Assembly: GCF_021028975.2 (NCBI RefSeq)
Contig: NC_059437.1
Coordinates: forward strand, 22,816,001-22,880,000
Direction of reading: 5' to 3'
Origin: Sphaerodactylus townsendi
Taxonomy: Eukaryota
Length of the DNA stretch: 64,000 nt
Under the pieces are notes generated by a model, which was not told the origin of the DNA, did not search any database, and saw only the letters and a list, made by a program, of their open reading frames with translations. The translations under genes were made by a program, and so were the position numbers. Within the stretch, counting starts at the first letter, position 1. Each line of letters starts with the position of its first letter. This document shows, piece by piece, positions 1-11,830 of the stretch.

Positions 1-1335
1 GAAGCCCCTTTCAGTCTTTAAAGTTGCTATTATATTATTTTTACTGTGATTAACTAACATGGCTGCCCTGCTGGAATCTGGAAATCTCCCATCTACCAGC
101 CCATTGCACAATCATGGAAACAGCAGGCATGAAAGCAACTCAGGTGATGATGATGCCACTTTTTCACATCGTTATGATATAGCAGGCAGACTGGAAAGAC
201 TTGTACAGAACAAAGTGTTCTAGAGAAGTATGAAAGGAGAGACCTCTTGCAGTGGACTCTCAGCGAGGGCTGGGCCATCCAGTGCCTGATTAGAAGCAGG
301 TCTTTCCTTCAACATAACAATGTCCTCCAATTCAGTGGCTTATTTGTTTTTCACAGGTGGAAATGCCAACAATTGACTTTTATAGGAGACTGCTAAGAGC
401 ACATTTTGAGACATCAACAAGGATGGGGGTGACAGGGGAATTTTTCCCTTGGTTGCCACTTGATCCTGTCTGCATAGTTCCTCCTCTATCTGCAAAGTCT
501 CCTCCAGAGTTATGATATGGGTCAGGCTCGAATGTGATTGAATCTTGGAGGGATTAGCTGTTTTGCGTATCAAACTGCAACATGTGATACAATAGAATGA
601 CAGAAGTCACATTAACAATAGAATGTTAGAACTGTTTTGGCTACATTGTTAGCAAGTGCATTATTAAACGTCAAAGTCTGGCTTGACTTGGCACTTTAAA
701 GGTGAATGCAAAACATCATTTCACATATGTATCAATCTGTTGCTGAATAAATAAGGGCAACATTCTAAAACTATGGCAGGCACCCTCTTTGGGAAGAGGG
801 ACAAAAGTCAAGCCCAAAAATGAGCCAGTCCACTCTTGTACACATTGCTAAACCTATGCAGAGCCCCATTCCAACCCCATATGTCTCTGTCTTTAGTCTG
901 TTGAGCAGATAGGCAACAGTGGAGCACAGAAACATTGGGTAAGACTGCAGGTCTGACTGTCTGCCATAATCCGACTGGTGGGCCCTCCAGTTCCAAATAA
1001 TAATAAGCACATGGGTAGATTTATCAGTGTTCAAAATGAACAGAGATATATCAGTTCTCACAACAGCTCTGTAAGGTAGGACCATAATTATCATCCCTGT
1101 ATGGGAGCAGAGGGACTACAAGTGAGTAGCATGCCAGATTCTCTTGCAAGGTCGTTGTAAGCAGAGTAACACCCAACTAAGCCCATTGAAGCCAATGGGG
1201 TTAAAAGGATGCAACTTGGCTTAGGATAGCATTGCTAACACTACTGTGGTGAAACAAAGCCTTGTCGCCTTGGTACCGCACACTGGCCACCTTCACTCTG
1301 AAAGGTATGTGTGAGGGCTGCCCGACGTTGCATAC

Positions 1336-1508
1336 CTGCATTTTTCTCTTGACAGTTTCAAAGGGGAAAGAAAGAGTCTGTGCAACACCAGCTGCCAAGC
1401 AACCGTTGATGAAGTTTTGTAATGGAGTGAAACGGAGGCTGGGGTCCCCCCAGATTGTATCCAGATGGGTGTAAACAAGGAAGGAACCAATGGAAAATGG
1501 AATAGCCC
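1336..1508 (-). CDS. SLC25A43: SLC25A43 coding exon 3 (173 nt); later exons lie left of the window
   Basis: GAIPFSIGSFLVY...NFINGCLAAGVAQTLSFPFETVKRKMQ, with the third carrier motif PFETVKRK. Acceptor ACAG|GG, donor CAG|GTATGC. Confidence 0.96.
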
Positions 1509-2481
1509 CTGTCAAAATCAAGCAAACGAGAGTCATAAATTTGATAGGTCATAAGAATGCACTATGCTGGCACCAGATCAGCAGTCCTTCTAACAGGCAG
1601 TACAATCCTGAGAGAGGAAAGGGTAGTGGCACTGGGGACGTCACCACCACACCATCTCCAATGAGGCTTGCTGTGTCGCAGACAGCAAGCTGACAGGGTC
1701 ACTCTTCCAACCCTGTGAAACTGCTCTATGCAGCTTCATGTGCTGCACCTACCTTTTTGCTTGTGAAAATCTGTGCTGGCAAATGTGGGTCTTCCCAGGT
1801 CAACAGGGCTCAGGAAACTAAGCCCTTGGGATGCCCCTTCAGCACTGGCACAGGCTCCTGTGCTAGAGGAGCACTGGCCACATGGCGGCACTGGTTCCTA
1901 AGCATCGTGCTGCCACATGACTTCCCACCACTGGCATAAGTACCTCTGTCCCAGTGAAAATGCCCCTCATGCCAGCGCTAGTGGCATCTATACTGGCACC
2001 ACAGTCATACCACCTGCAGAGCGGTTCCCCAAAGCCCCACGATTGCACTGTTACTCTGCAAATCAGATGCCCCAGAGATATCTGCAAGCAAAATATCTTC
2101 CCTTCTTGTTAGTTCCCAAGGAATGTTCCCAAAGGAATAGTCTATGGATGTTCTTCTCTTATTGTATTTCTGATGTGCATCTGATGGGAACAACTAAGAA
2201 TAGTCTTAGTCCACAAAATTAAGCATTGCCAATCCTTTGTACGTTCAACATGGAGTATATAACATGACTAGGTACAGAATAATGCTTAAATGATCTAAGA
2301 GGTTCAAATTTCATCTCAGCCTCAAGTTTATTGGGTGGCCTTAAGCTAGACATTCCTTCTATAAACAGCAATCTAATATAAGTGAATTTTTACAACTACC
2401 TTATAGAAGAACCTTATCGATTTCCCTGTCTGGTTATTACTACATCAATTCTCATACGGTAGATAAAATAGTCAAAGATAC

Positions 2482-2723
2482 CTAATACAGACAGAGAAAC
2501 TCCACGATAAAGTGCAACAACTCCCTCCTGATGGTAAATCAGGTACAGAGCATGGAGGATTCCTTTGTAGGAAGGCTTCAATCGGTCCTGCACGATGAGA
2601 CGCGTTTTTATGACCTCAGTTGGATAAGTCGCAACAGCTGCCACCACGCCAGCCAAGCCACCTGCCATGATTGAGCTCCACTGGGAGATGTGTCCCAAGT
2701 CATCCACAAACAGCATGACAAAC
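2482..2723 (-). CDS. SLC25A43: SLC25A43 coding exon 2 (242 nt)
   Basis: FVMLFVDDLGHISQWSSIMAGGLAG...TYPTEVIKTRLIVQ...ALYRGVSLSVL, with carrier motif PxExxKxR. Acceptor CTAG|G, donor G|GTATCT; phases 2 to 1 fit the neighbouring exons. Confidence 0.96.
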
Positions 2724-3332
2724 CTAGCACAAGATATAAGGGGAAAGTTACACCAGTGAGTTGCACATCAGAAATACAATCAGAGAAGAACATTCTCTGC
2801 AATCTTTCCAAAATCTACAGCCCATACATGTGCATTCTCTGTTGTGTCCCCCTTCTCATGAAATAGACTGCCAGGTGAGGTCAGGAAGATTCCCTCTCTT
2901 CTGGCATTTTGCAAACTATGCAAAATCAAATTATTCAAGGGGGCTTTCTTACCCAGGTAGTAAGGCTGCACTGAAACGAAACAGCTCAGCAAGATGCTTA
3001 GGTAGGGACTTAAGGACAGCGCACAGTTCATACCGGCTGTTACTATGTAAAATTTGCACCATGTGATTTGGCATGTTAATACTTATGCTTTCTTTCATAT
3101 CTGTTCCAGATTCTGCAATTCAAACCCTGTTGCACTGTTCACTGGACATCCCAACCCACTGACTGTATTGACTTACTCAAAGTAATTTGCCTTGAGTCCC
3201 AGTGAAAAAGGCAGACTATGCATAAATAAATAATAGCATTTTAATAACAGTGTAACTTCCAGTATACTTTTCATGGTGAGATATGCACCAATTAACCATA
3301 TTAAACCCAACCAATACAGCGTTAGCAAACTC

Positions 3333-3512
3333 TGAAGAAGAGAACTGCCTTTTTATACCCCGCTTTTTTCCACCAAAGGGAATTTCAAAGCAGTTTACAA
3401 TTTCCTTCCCTTCCCAGATTAGAGTCTGCCACTCCTGTGGAGAAGCAGGGAATCAAACCCACTTCTCCAGTTTAAAGTCCACTGCTCTTAACTACTACAC
3501 CTTTGGATGGGG
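3333..3512 (-). mobile_element. Squam3-like tRNA-derived SINE (degenerate, internally deleted)
   Basis: Reverse strand shows a box A-like GGTGTAGTAGTT and box B-like GGTTTGATTCC head, with a (TTC)n-type tail. Confidence 0.7.
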
Positions 3513-5113
3513 AGCCTAATAGTCTCCTGCCCCTTTTGCATAAAGGTGCCATAGCATCCCAAGAGCAAATGCATTAAAAATCGTTCTTCATGAACATGAA
3601 AAATATGTTGGATGTTGTGTTTATTCACTTGGAAGAAAGCCCCTCTGCATTAACTGCAGCATACTCTCAGGAAAGCATACAGAGGACTACAGTCTTACCG
3701 TTCAACCCTATGCATTTTTTTACCCAAGTGCAAATTAGGTAGAATTCTATTAAATTTGCCCAGCACTGAATAGCACTGTCCTAAGAATGTTTACCTAAGA
3801 GTGCCCCATCAAATTCAATGGGGCTTATACCAATACTGCAATACAATGTAATGTGATGCAGAGTGACTCCAGCTACTTCCATTGTTTTCAGTGGGCTCAG
3901 ACCGGAGTAATTCTGCACAGGACTGAGTTGTTAAAGACCTTGAATTGGAAGGAGCTCTCAGGGGCATCTGGCCCAACTCGTCTGCTCAACGGAAGAAACA
4001 CAGAGCTACAGAATTCATGATCAATGCCCACAAGGGTTCTACTTAAAACCTCCAGCAAGAGAAATCCCCCAGCCCTATAATTGGTTCTATTGCCAGCCCC
4101 TCTTACCATGAGGAAGTTTCTCTTTGTGTTCTCCTTGGTTTCCTATTGATCACAGTTTTGCCAGTATATCAAAAGTGATGCTAAACCAGCAACATGAACA
4201 ATGCTCGGGATCTTTCTTTTAAAGGGCATCGCAGCTTAGATGAATGATAGTTCATTCTACAAATCCAAAAGCAGGAAGACCGTCCTTCCAAAATGAAAAG
4301 TGCCCATGTGAGAAGGCTATCCAATGCTGAAACCTTCAGCTCCAGCCACATAAAGAAGGTCAGATAAAATTGGCTCTCAATTACTGCCCCTCCCCCTGGA
4401 AAGCTATATTTGGATGCCAATGCTGGCCAGACAACAGAAAATCTTCAACCAGCTCACTGATTCATAGTTTCAACTTCCACATTTTGACATGAAATGCAAG
4501 TTGTTCTTAAAGGATAACGGAGTATGTGGAAAAGGGAAGGGCTGTCCAGCCCTTTCATCTTTGTATAAAACAACTATGCTCAAACTTTTCTCCTTTCAGA
4601 CTTTTAATCTTGAATTTTTCCCAGTATGACCAAGCCTGTGTCTTCACTTTTTTTTTTGAATATGAGAGATGTGCAGCTAGCATGCATGCATTTGTACAGA
4701 ACTATCACAGTTGAGACTTCTGGCATCTCACTGCCTTTTCACCCCACTCTTGAGACTTTGAGACTTTCCCCCCTCCATTTCAATGTATATATCTGCCAAC
4801 TGAGGACATGCATCTGAGGTTGTGACCGACAATGTATATGTTCTATAGAACTGCTTTCAGTTTTTTTAATAGTTACACACATCCTGAAGTTAAGAATTAA
4901 GAATGAGAAAAAATAATCTATGCATATACTTGATGCACTAAGTATTCCCTACAACTGTTCTAAGTCTTAATGGGGAAAATGGAAAAAATGGTTTAGAAGA
5001 GCATCTCTTGAATGTCCTTCTCTTCCCTTCTCTCTCCATCTCTTGATTGGGTGATATTTGAAAGCTTAATTAAAATATATTGTTAAAAGCACTAAGATCT
5101 TGACATGCACAAA

Positions 5114-5320
5114 ACAGTGAAATAACGAATTATAAGCAGTTATGATCTGATGGTACAGCAGCAGGGTCTCCCTTCGCCGTTACCGTCTTTCTGCACCATG
5201 CCACTGATTGGCATCACTGGTTTGCATCAGTAGCATGGTGCAGAGAGACGGTGGCGGCGAAGAGAGACCCTGTTGCTGTCCCATCAGATCATAACTGCTT
5301 ATAATTCGTTATTTCACTGT
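5114..5320. repeat. Near-perfect inverted repeat (95-bp arms, 17-nt loop) in SLC25A43 intron 1
   Basis: 5114-5208 is the reverse complement of 5226-5320 with about 7 mismatches; the outer 40 bp are perfect. Confidence 0.92.
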
Positions 5321-5975
5321 GGCATCCGCCAGTCGTGCCAACATTGCCCTGGCAGTGCCCCCGGCATACCTGCGATAGGAGGCGAGTTGCAGGACGCTGT
5401 AGGGCAGGAGCCGCAAGCAGGCCGTGAGGTTGCCTTTCCAAAGAGCGCCGATGCCTTCGGCCCTGCACAGGCTGCGCCCCGTCCGCCAGAGCCCCGGGCG
5501 AGAGGGCCGAGTGCCCACCTGGGCCAGGACGGTCAGCACTTCCAGCGGCGCCGCCACGCTGAGGCTCATGGCTCCGGCCACTCCGGCGCAGCCGAACCGC
5601 TGCAGCGCCGTCAGACGGCTGTCCCGTTTCCAGGTCGCCATGCCACCCGGGCGGCGGCCGCACCATGCCAGCCGCGGGCGGATCGACCGGCGTCGAGGGC
5701 GCCCGGCGCTGCTCACTGGCAGCCCAGCCCTTCTTCCTTTTGCGCAAGGCCGTCGGAGGCGGTGCCAGCGCCAGGCAAGCCGGATCAGGCGGGGCGGAGA
5801 AGGAAGGAGGCGGGCCGGGGCAAAGCTGCGTCTTTTTGGAAGTCTTCCAACGAAGGAGCAAAACGCGTGCAGCGCAAGAAGCCCCGCTGGCGCCCCGGAG
5901 GCAAAAGGAGCTCCGAAGGGCCGCCGGAGTCTTTGGACTGATTCGGAACCGCGCCTGGAGGAGGCGGCCAAGTAG
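5320..5975 (-). promoter_or_regulatory. CpG island / promoter of SLC25A43
   Basis: High GC and CpG density around exon 1, with GC boxes (GGCGGGGCGG near 5788, GGCGGG near 5809). Confidence 0.8.
5370..5641 (-). CDS. SLC25A43: Solute carrier family 25 member 43, coding exon 1
   Basis: Translates MATWKRDSRLTALQRFGCAGVAGAMSLSVAAPLEVLTVLAQVG...LWKGNLTACLRLLPYSVLQLASYR, the recognisable SLC25A43 N-terminus. ATG at 5641; donor AG|GTATGC after 5370 (phase 2); lies in a CpG island. Confidence 0.96.
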
Positions 5976-6310
5976 TAGAAGAAGCAGAGTTTGGATTGTA
6001 TCTCCCCTTTCTGTCCTGTAAGGAGACTCAAGGTGACTTTCAAGCTCCTTTCCCTTCCTCTCCCCACAACAGACACCTTGTGAAGTAGGTGGGGCTGAGA
6101 GAGTTCCGCAGAACTGTGACTAGCCCAAGGTCACCCTGCAGGAATGTAGGAGTGCGAAAATACATCTGGTTCACCAGATTAGGGTTCACCAGATTAACCA
6201 CTACACCACACTGGCTCATTGAGATGGAACAATGGCCTGCCTTGGTGCATATGTATGTAGGTTCTCTCTACAAACCTGGTTCACCAGATAAGAGTCCACC
6301 GGGCTGGCTC
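5975..6310 (-). mobile_element. Squam3-like SINE (rearranged)
   Basis: Same body as the other copies (CCCCACAACAGACACCTTGTGA...CCCAAGGTCACC), with a TTC tail and a tRNA-like head fragment. Confidence 0.8.
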
Positions 6311-6745
6311 TTTTATCCAGATTCTTTTATCCACAACAGTATTCAGAGATAATATGGCTTAAATCTCATCAAGAACTATCTCAAGCTGTAATCAGAAAGA
6401 CACAAGACTGAAAGTTTCACTGCACAATTCTCTCTCACACTCTGACTAACCTGCTGACTCCAGGCCCTTATTAGGAGGTCAGCTGAGCATCCCTACTTGG
6501 AGGTGGGCCTTTGGATTGGTAAGGGTCTCAGTGATTCCAGATAGATGCCTGCATTGCCCACGCACGTTATTTCCCCTCTAGCTTCTGGTCAAACAAGTTT
6601 TGCTGTTTTGAAAAGCAGCACAAATCCCTGCAAGCCCTTTTTGCCAGAGGTGAAAGTGGATTAGCGTCTGCACCTGGAACAGCAATCTCTTTCAAGTCAT
6701 TTTCAACCTTCTGAGGAAAAAAAACACAACAACTATTGTCTATAG

Positions 6746-7337
6746 CAGTGATTGTGAACCTTTTCGAGACCGAGTGCCCAAACTGCAACCCAAAACCCAC
6801 TTATTCATTGCAAAGTGCCAACATGGCAATTTAACTTGAATACTGAGGTTTTAGTTTAGAAAAAATGGTTGGCTCCGAGGCATGCGTGACTCGGGAGTAA
6901 GCTTGGCGGTGGTCGGTGGCTTTGCTTTGAAGCAACCATGCAACTCTTCCAATGGGTGAATCACGACCCTAGGAGGGTTTACTCAGAAGCAAGCCCCATT
7001 GCCAGCAACCGAGCTTACTCCCAGGTAAACTATCACACTTTAGTTCTTTGCATGAAAATCAGTGGGGTTTAACAGCATTTAAATCAGTGGGGTTTAACAG
7101 CATTTAACAGTGGGGTTTAACAGCATTTAACACGCTTTAGTTCTTTGCAACAATCAGTGGGGTTTAACAGCATTTTACCTACACTACTTCCCCAAAACTA
7201 GGTCTTAGGTTCAATGCTAATAATTGAGCAAAGTGGCCCAGGGCAGCCTAGATGTGTGTGGGGGCAATCTGTGCGTGCCCACAGAGAGGGCTCTGAGTGC
7301 CACCTCTGGCACCCGTGCCATAGGTTCGCCACCACTG
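6746..7337 (+). mobile_element. Non-autonomous hAT DNA transposon (MITE, ~590 bp)
   Basis: TIRs CAGTGATTGTGAACCT / AGGTTCGCCACCACTG; perfect 8-bp TSD GTCTATAG (6738-6745, 7338-7345); internal tandem expansion at about 7057-7175. Confidence 0.92.
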
Positions 7338-7499
7338 GTCTATAGCCTGTTGTATACATTCTTACAACAACACTATAACGAAGGTTAGTATTGTAATCCC
7401 AGTTTTGCAAAGTTGGGGAGAGGTGTATGGTGGGGAGGCTGAGGCTTAGTTTAGACTGCAACCCTAAGTGAGAAGTGAAATTTAAACACTGGATTTCCT

Positions 7500-7995
7500 G
7501 GTTCAGAGGTCATTCTTTTATCCACAACAGCATTCAGGGATAATATGGCTTTGTTCTCACCGGGAACCTCATCAAGTGGACTGTACTATCTGAGGCTGTA
7601 ATCAGGAAGTCACAAGACTGAAAGTTTCACTGCACAAAACAAATCCATCTACATAGAAACCGAGACATCAAGAAGAGAAGCTCTAGTTCAGCAGTGCGGT
7701 CATGTGCAGAGTTATTTCAGTCTAAACCAGTAGAAGCCAGTGGACTGAGACAGGAACAAGTCAGCATAGGATTTGCACAATAAGTCTCTCCTTGATGTGC
7801 TTGTTTTCTCTGTGGGAGGATTTTTTTTAAATACAAAGGAATGCAACCATGTGCATCTCGACTAAAGTAGTTTAGTCCAGACACAAGTTTGCCACCATAG
7901 TGAGAACTAAGCCTGTGTTTTTCTTAGCAAACGATTAGCCTTGATGGTTAGAAGATATTACAGGAAATAATACAGAGCCGTGAATTTTCCTATCC
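7500..7995 (+). repeat. Diverged direct repeat, copy 1 (copy 2 at ~25915-26430; partial copy at ~6322-6428)
   Basis: Shared blocks GTTCAGAGGTCATTC, CAAGTGGACTGTACTA, CACAAGACTGAAA(A)GTTTCAC, TTGTTTTCTCTGTGGG, AGTGAGAACTA and GTGAATTTTCC occur in the same order. Confidence 0.8.
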
Positions 7996-8494
7996 TGTTT
8001 CCACATGTGTGGGTTTATAGGCCTTGATTTGATCCATCAAGATATTTCTCAAACTTATTTTCCTGGAGAAAAAAAGTTGCGGATTTTCAGCACCTGCCAA
8101 TAGGTGGTTGAAGGAGTGTGGGGTAAGAAAGTGTCGAAAGCACTGAAAAGCAGGAACATCCACAGAGTGATCAGTGAACTATTTCTCTTGGTGTCTGCCT
8201 TCCCAGGCCAAGCCTCCTCCTTTGCTTCAGTGCCTCTGCACTTTTTACAGAAATGAATGGCTTGATCGCTGATAACATGAACAAAGAATCTTGTGGGACC
8301 TTGAAGACTATATCCCTTTTCACTGAAAGATCTAAGTGTGGTCAATTGTAGGGCAGTGGAAGTTAGTGTGTTTCCGCAGGTGAAAATAGTCCCAGATGTC
8401 TGTGAGAATTTTTATGCACAGCCTTCACAAAAACATGGTAGTTCGATAAAATAGCATTCATATTGTCTTGAACAACTATCAACAAAACTTGCCT

Positions 8495-9050
8495 CCCCCC
8501 CCCCTTAGAGCGCTTCCTTTCCTTCTTGTAGCGCCCACCATTTTGTGTCACTTCAGGAATCTCTGTGCTGCCGCTGCCATTTGCGGAATGTTCCCAGGAA
8601 TTCCCTCTGCTTGTAGCTCATCCGATGGCCATTTCACTGTAAAAAGTAGATGAATAAAGTTTGTTTTTCTTAGCAAAGCCACACACATGCCACTTTTTCC
8701 TTTTTTTTGTTTTGAATGAGATATCTTTGTAGCTATGGGTCATAATTTCTTAGTAGGAGGTAGACCAGCCTTCATAGGAGGTAGACCAGCTGCAATTCTT
8801 AGATGGTGTCTTTGTATCTACGAAGATATCTCATTCAAAACAAACAAACAAACAAAAGGAAACGACATGTACGTCGGATCACCCGGAAAAAACAAACTTT
8901 ATTCATCTGCTTTTTACAGTAAAATGGTCATCGGATGAGCTGTAAGCAGAGGAAACTGCTGGGGAACATTCTGCAAATGGAGACTCCTGAAGCGACTCAA
9001 AATGGTGGGCGCTACAAGAAGGAAAGGAAGAGCTCTAATGTGGGGTGGGG
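8495..9050. repeat. Long inverted repeat / foldback element (~240-bp arms)
   Basis: TTAGAGCGCTTCCTTTCCTTCTTGTAGCGCCCACCATTTTG pairs with CAAAATGGTGGGCGCTACAAGAAGGAAAGGAAGAGCTCTAA, and pairing continues inward. The loop carries a duplicated TAGGAGGTAGACCAGC. Confidence 0.85.
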
Positions 9051-10134
9051 AAGGAGTAACTCTGTGTGTCGCTCCCTGGGTTAATCCTCAATCACCTCCT
9101 AAGGGTGAGGGTTTTTTTTTCTTCATGGGGTGGGAGAAACAGAACAAGGCATGCACTGACCTCGTAGAGTATTCTGTTACAAATAAGGTCCAGGAAGAAG
9201 TGACAGATTTACCATTCCACTTATATTTTTTGGTGGAAAAGAGTATAACAAATTTATTGTTGAAATCAGCTTCTTTGAGCCAAAGCTCACTTTGTGAGAT
9301 GTATAAATATTCAGATGGCAGAAATATATACACAAGGACATAAGCTGTGTAGGGGGCCCTGTAGATGTAACATACTACAGCAAGGTGCGGAATGGAGAAA
9401 AGGATATGTTACTTCATCGAGCACAGATGAAAACCATCCTAAGAAAACAGCGTACAATCAAATCGGTGTGTGAACTACTCCCAGTATCTGATGAATTGCC
9501 AAAGTAAGATGAACAGTGTACTTAAACCTGTGAGGGAGTGAAATTGCTTTATGTAGGTCATGGTAGGAATGATTCACAGGGAATAGTTGAGAACCAGTGG
9601 AGAAGGGAATAGTTGCACAGAACCAGAATCCAATAGAGACTAGATAGCCTGTCCCCAGTATTAAAATCCTTTGCTAGGATTAAGGTCAAGACCAAATCAG
9701 AAGATTTGTTCCAAAATCTGTGGTTTCTAACAGGGCATCTGCTTCCACATATTAATACTCAATAACCTTTGAGGCAGTCTAGCTGTAATCTGCTGATGAT
9801 GTTAGTACTTAGCATTATGTAATGTGAATATATTTGTATTTTTATCCAAGCACATCCTATTTATTTATTTAGTAGCCGAGTTTATGAGTGCCCTATTCTC
9901 TCCAGTAATGTGGTATACAGAGATAGCTTGACAGTTGATAAGTCTCGGCATTGTCAGTACAAATCACAGAAGATGGTCTTGAATAAAGCCACTGTTTCTG
10001 AACCTTGCAACTCAACATCTGCATGATACTGGCCTACCTTGTTGTAAACGTTCCTTAGGATTCTTTGAATATTTTGAAGCCTAACTGCTGAATGTTTCCT
10101 TTGAATTGTTGAGACAAGGCAACTGAAACCTGTA

Positions 10135-10425
10135 GAGAAGAAGGGTTTGGATTTATACCTCGGTTTCTCTACTGCAAGGAGTCTCAAAGAAGCTTATAAA
10201 CTTCTCCCCCTCCTCTTCCCACCACAGACATCCTGTGAGGTAGGTGGGGTGAGAGAGTTCCGAGACAACTGTGACTGGCCCAAGGTCACCCAGCAGGCTT
10301 CATGTGTAGGAGTGGGGAAACAAATCCAGTTCACCAGATAAGAGTCCTCTGCTCATGTGGAGGAGTGGGGAATCAAACCCAGGTCTCAAGATTTGAGTCA
10401 ATTAACTACTACACCACACTGGCTT
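10135..10425 (-). mobile_element. Squam3-like SINE, near full length
   Basis: Head GCCAGTGTGGTGTAGTAGTT...GGGTTTGATTCCCC on the minus strand; tail TTCTTC. Confidence 0.85.
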
Positions 10426-11369
10426 CGTAGTATGCACCATTATATCCTTGTGTCAAAATTAATCATTAACCTGAAAAATTAAACAGTTTATCAGTTTCAT
10501 CTTTTGAAGTCACACAGATTCTGTACTAATTCATTCTGCTTCTATACCACTGAAACAATTGAGATTTCTATAATCAAAAACAGCTTTGTGCCTTCAAAAA
10601 TATTTCCTACCACATCTAGAGTAAAAACTAAAAAGATACTTGTGGCACCCTAACAACTCACAGTGCAATTATATGTGGAATTAATCCAAACTACAGCATT
10701 GATTTCAATTGTGCATAGGATCAGACAACTATTGACAGAATCTCTTGTGGCTGAGCTGACTATCACATATATGAAGCATGCTAATGTATAAACAGTTCCT
10801 ATTCATGGTATTTGTTGTTTAATGGGATTTTCTGTCAAGGATATTACAAACCAATTCAGCTTGGTACATCAAACAATTCGCCAACATTTTTTTACAATGA
10901 CAGAACCAGTGTATTTTATTCTGTGGAAGCTAATATTTTTCCTGAATAAAGATTAACATAGCAGAAAAAAAGAACTCAGAAAACCCACAATAGCCAGAAA
11001 AAAAGAAAGAAATAAAATGGATTCTGTCATTGTTACACTTCTAAATACTAAGAGGCAACACACAATGCAAGCACAATTCTGACTGATCACTCCCTCTTGT
11101 AAAGCAAATAGAAAAACACCCATCCCTTTACATTTACAAAAATTATTAACACATCCACAAAAATTATTAACACATCTGGAAGCAAGATCCTCCTGCTTAG
11201 TCAATAGGGCTGCACCAGATTCCCCAGACATGGCAAAGAGAAAAGATGAGGAAACCCTGTTCAAAAAGCAACAGAGTAAGGCTGCATTCAAGAGGGGGGA
11301 CGGTTCCATTAGACACAGTGGGATTGATATCCATGTAAACAGATACAGGGGCCGAAATGTAGCCCTAAA

Positions 11370-11547
11370 CGCAATTCCTCAGGGGTGTTTACTCAAGAGT
11401 AAATCTCAGAGGATCCTAGGTAAGCGAGCCCTTCTGAGTAAACTCACTCCACCATTCCACTGCTCAAACCGGGCTCTCTTACCTAGGAGTAAATCCCCTT
11501 GAATCCTCTGAGATTTACTCCTGAGTAAGCACCCCTAAGGAATTGCG
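11370..11547. repeat. Nested inverted repeat immediately upstream of the AKAP17B promoter
   Basis: Outer 45-bp arms (CGCAATTCCTCAGGGG...GAGGAT / ATCCTC...GGAATTGCG) and inner 17-bp arms (CCTAGGTAAGCGAGCCC / GGGCTCTCTTACCTAGG). Confidence 0.8.
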
Positions 11548-11559
11548 CTGGAAGGGGGA

Positions 11560-11830
11560 GACGGGAAAGGAAGGAAAACACTCCAAGCGGAGAAGCGCAA
11601 GGCCGGAGGGTCTCTCCGCGGCTCCACGGTCGGGGGCGGCCGGGTCTGTCGTGCTCCGCCCCGGGGAGGCCGGACCAGGAAGCGTGTGTGGCCGGCGGGG
11701 GCTGCCTGAGCGCGGCCTGCACGGTAAGAGAGGCAGGGCTCGAAGGGCCGTTCACCGCCAGCAAGGCCCAGCCAGGGAAGGGCAGGATGGTGCGTTGGTC
11801 GGCAACGGGGCGCCCGCAGTCTAGGCCGGC
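11560..11830 (+). promoter_or_regulatory. CpG island promoter and non-coding first exon of AKAP17B (donor ACG|GTAAGA after 11723)
   Basis: CpG-rich block with a GC box and ETS-like GGAAG, plus a strong 5' splice site. The first coding exon has an acceptor 13 nt upstream of its ATG, so an upstream non-coding exon is required. Confidence 0.7.

Noticed and set aside
808-996. Possible SLC25A43 exon 4 (a GWNG motif)
   Set aside because: Does not match the expected AQSPxLPHxGGVDVHF...GLWNGLTANLLK exon; exon 4 must lie left of the window.
5273-6021. Long plus-strand and alternative-frame ORFs over the SLC25A43 CpG island
   Set aside because: GC-rich, stop-poor shadows of the real minus-strand exon, with no recognisable domain.
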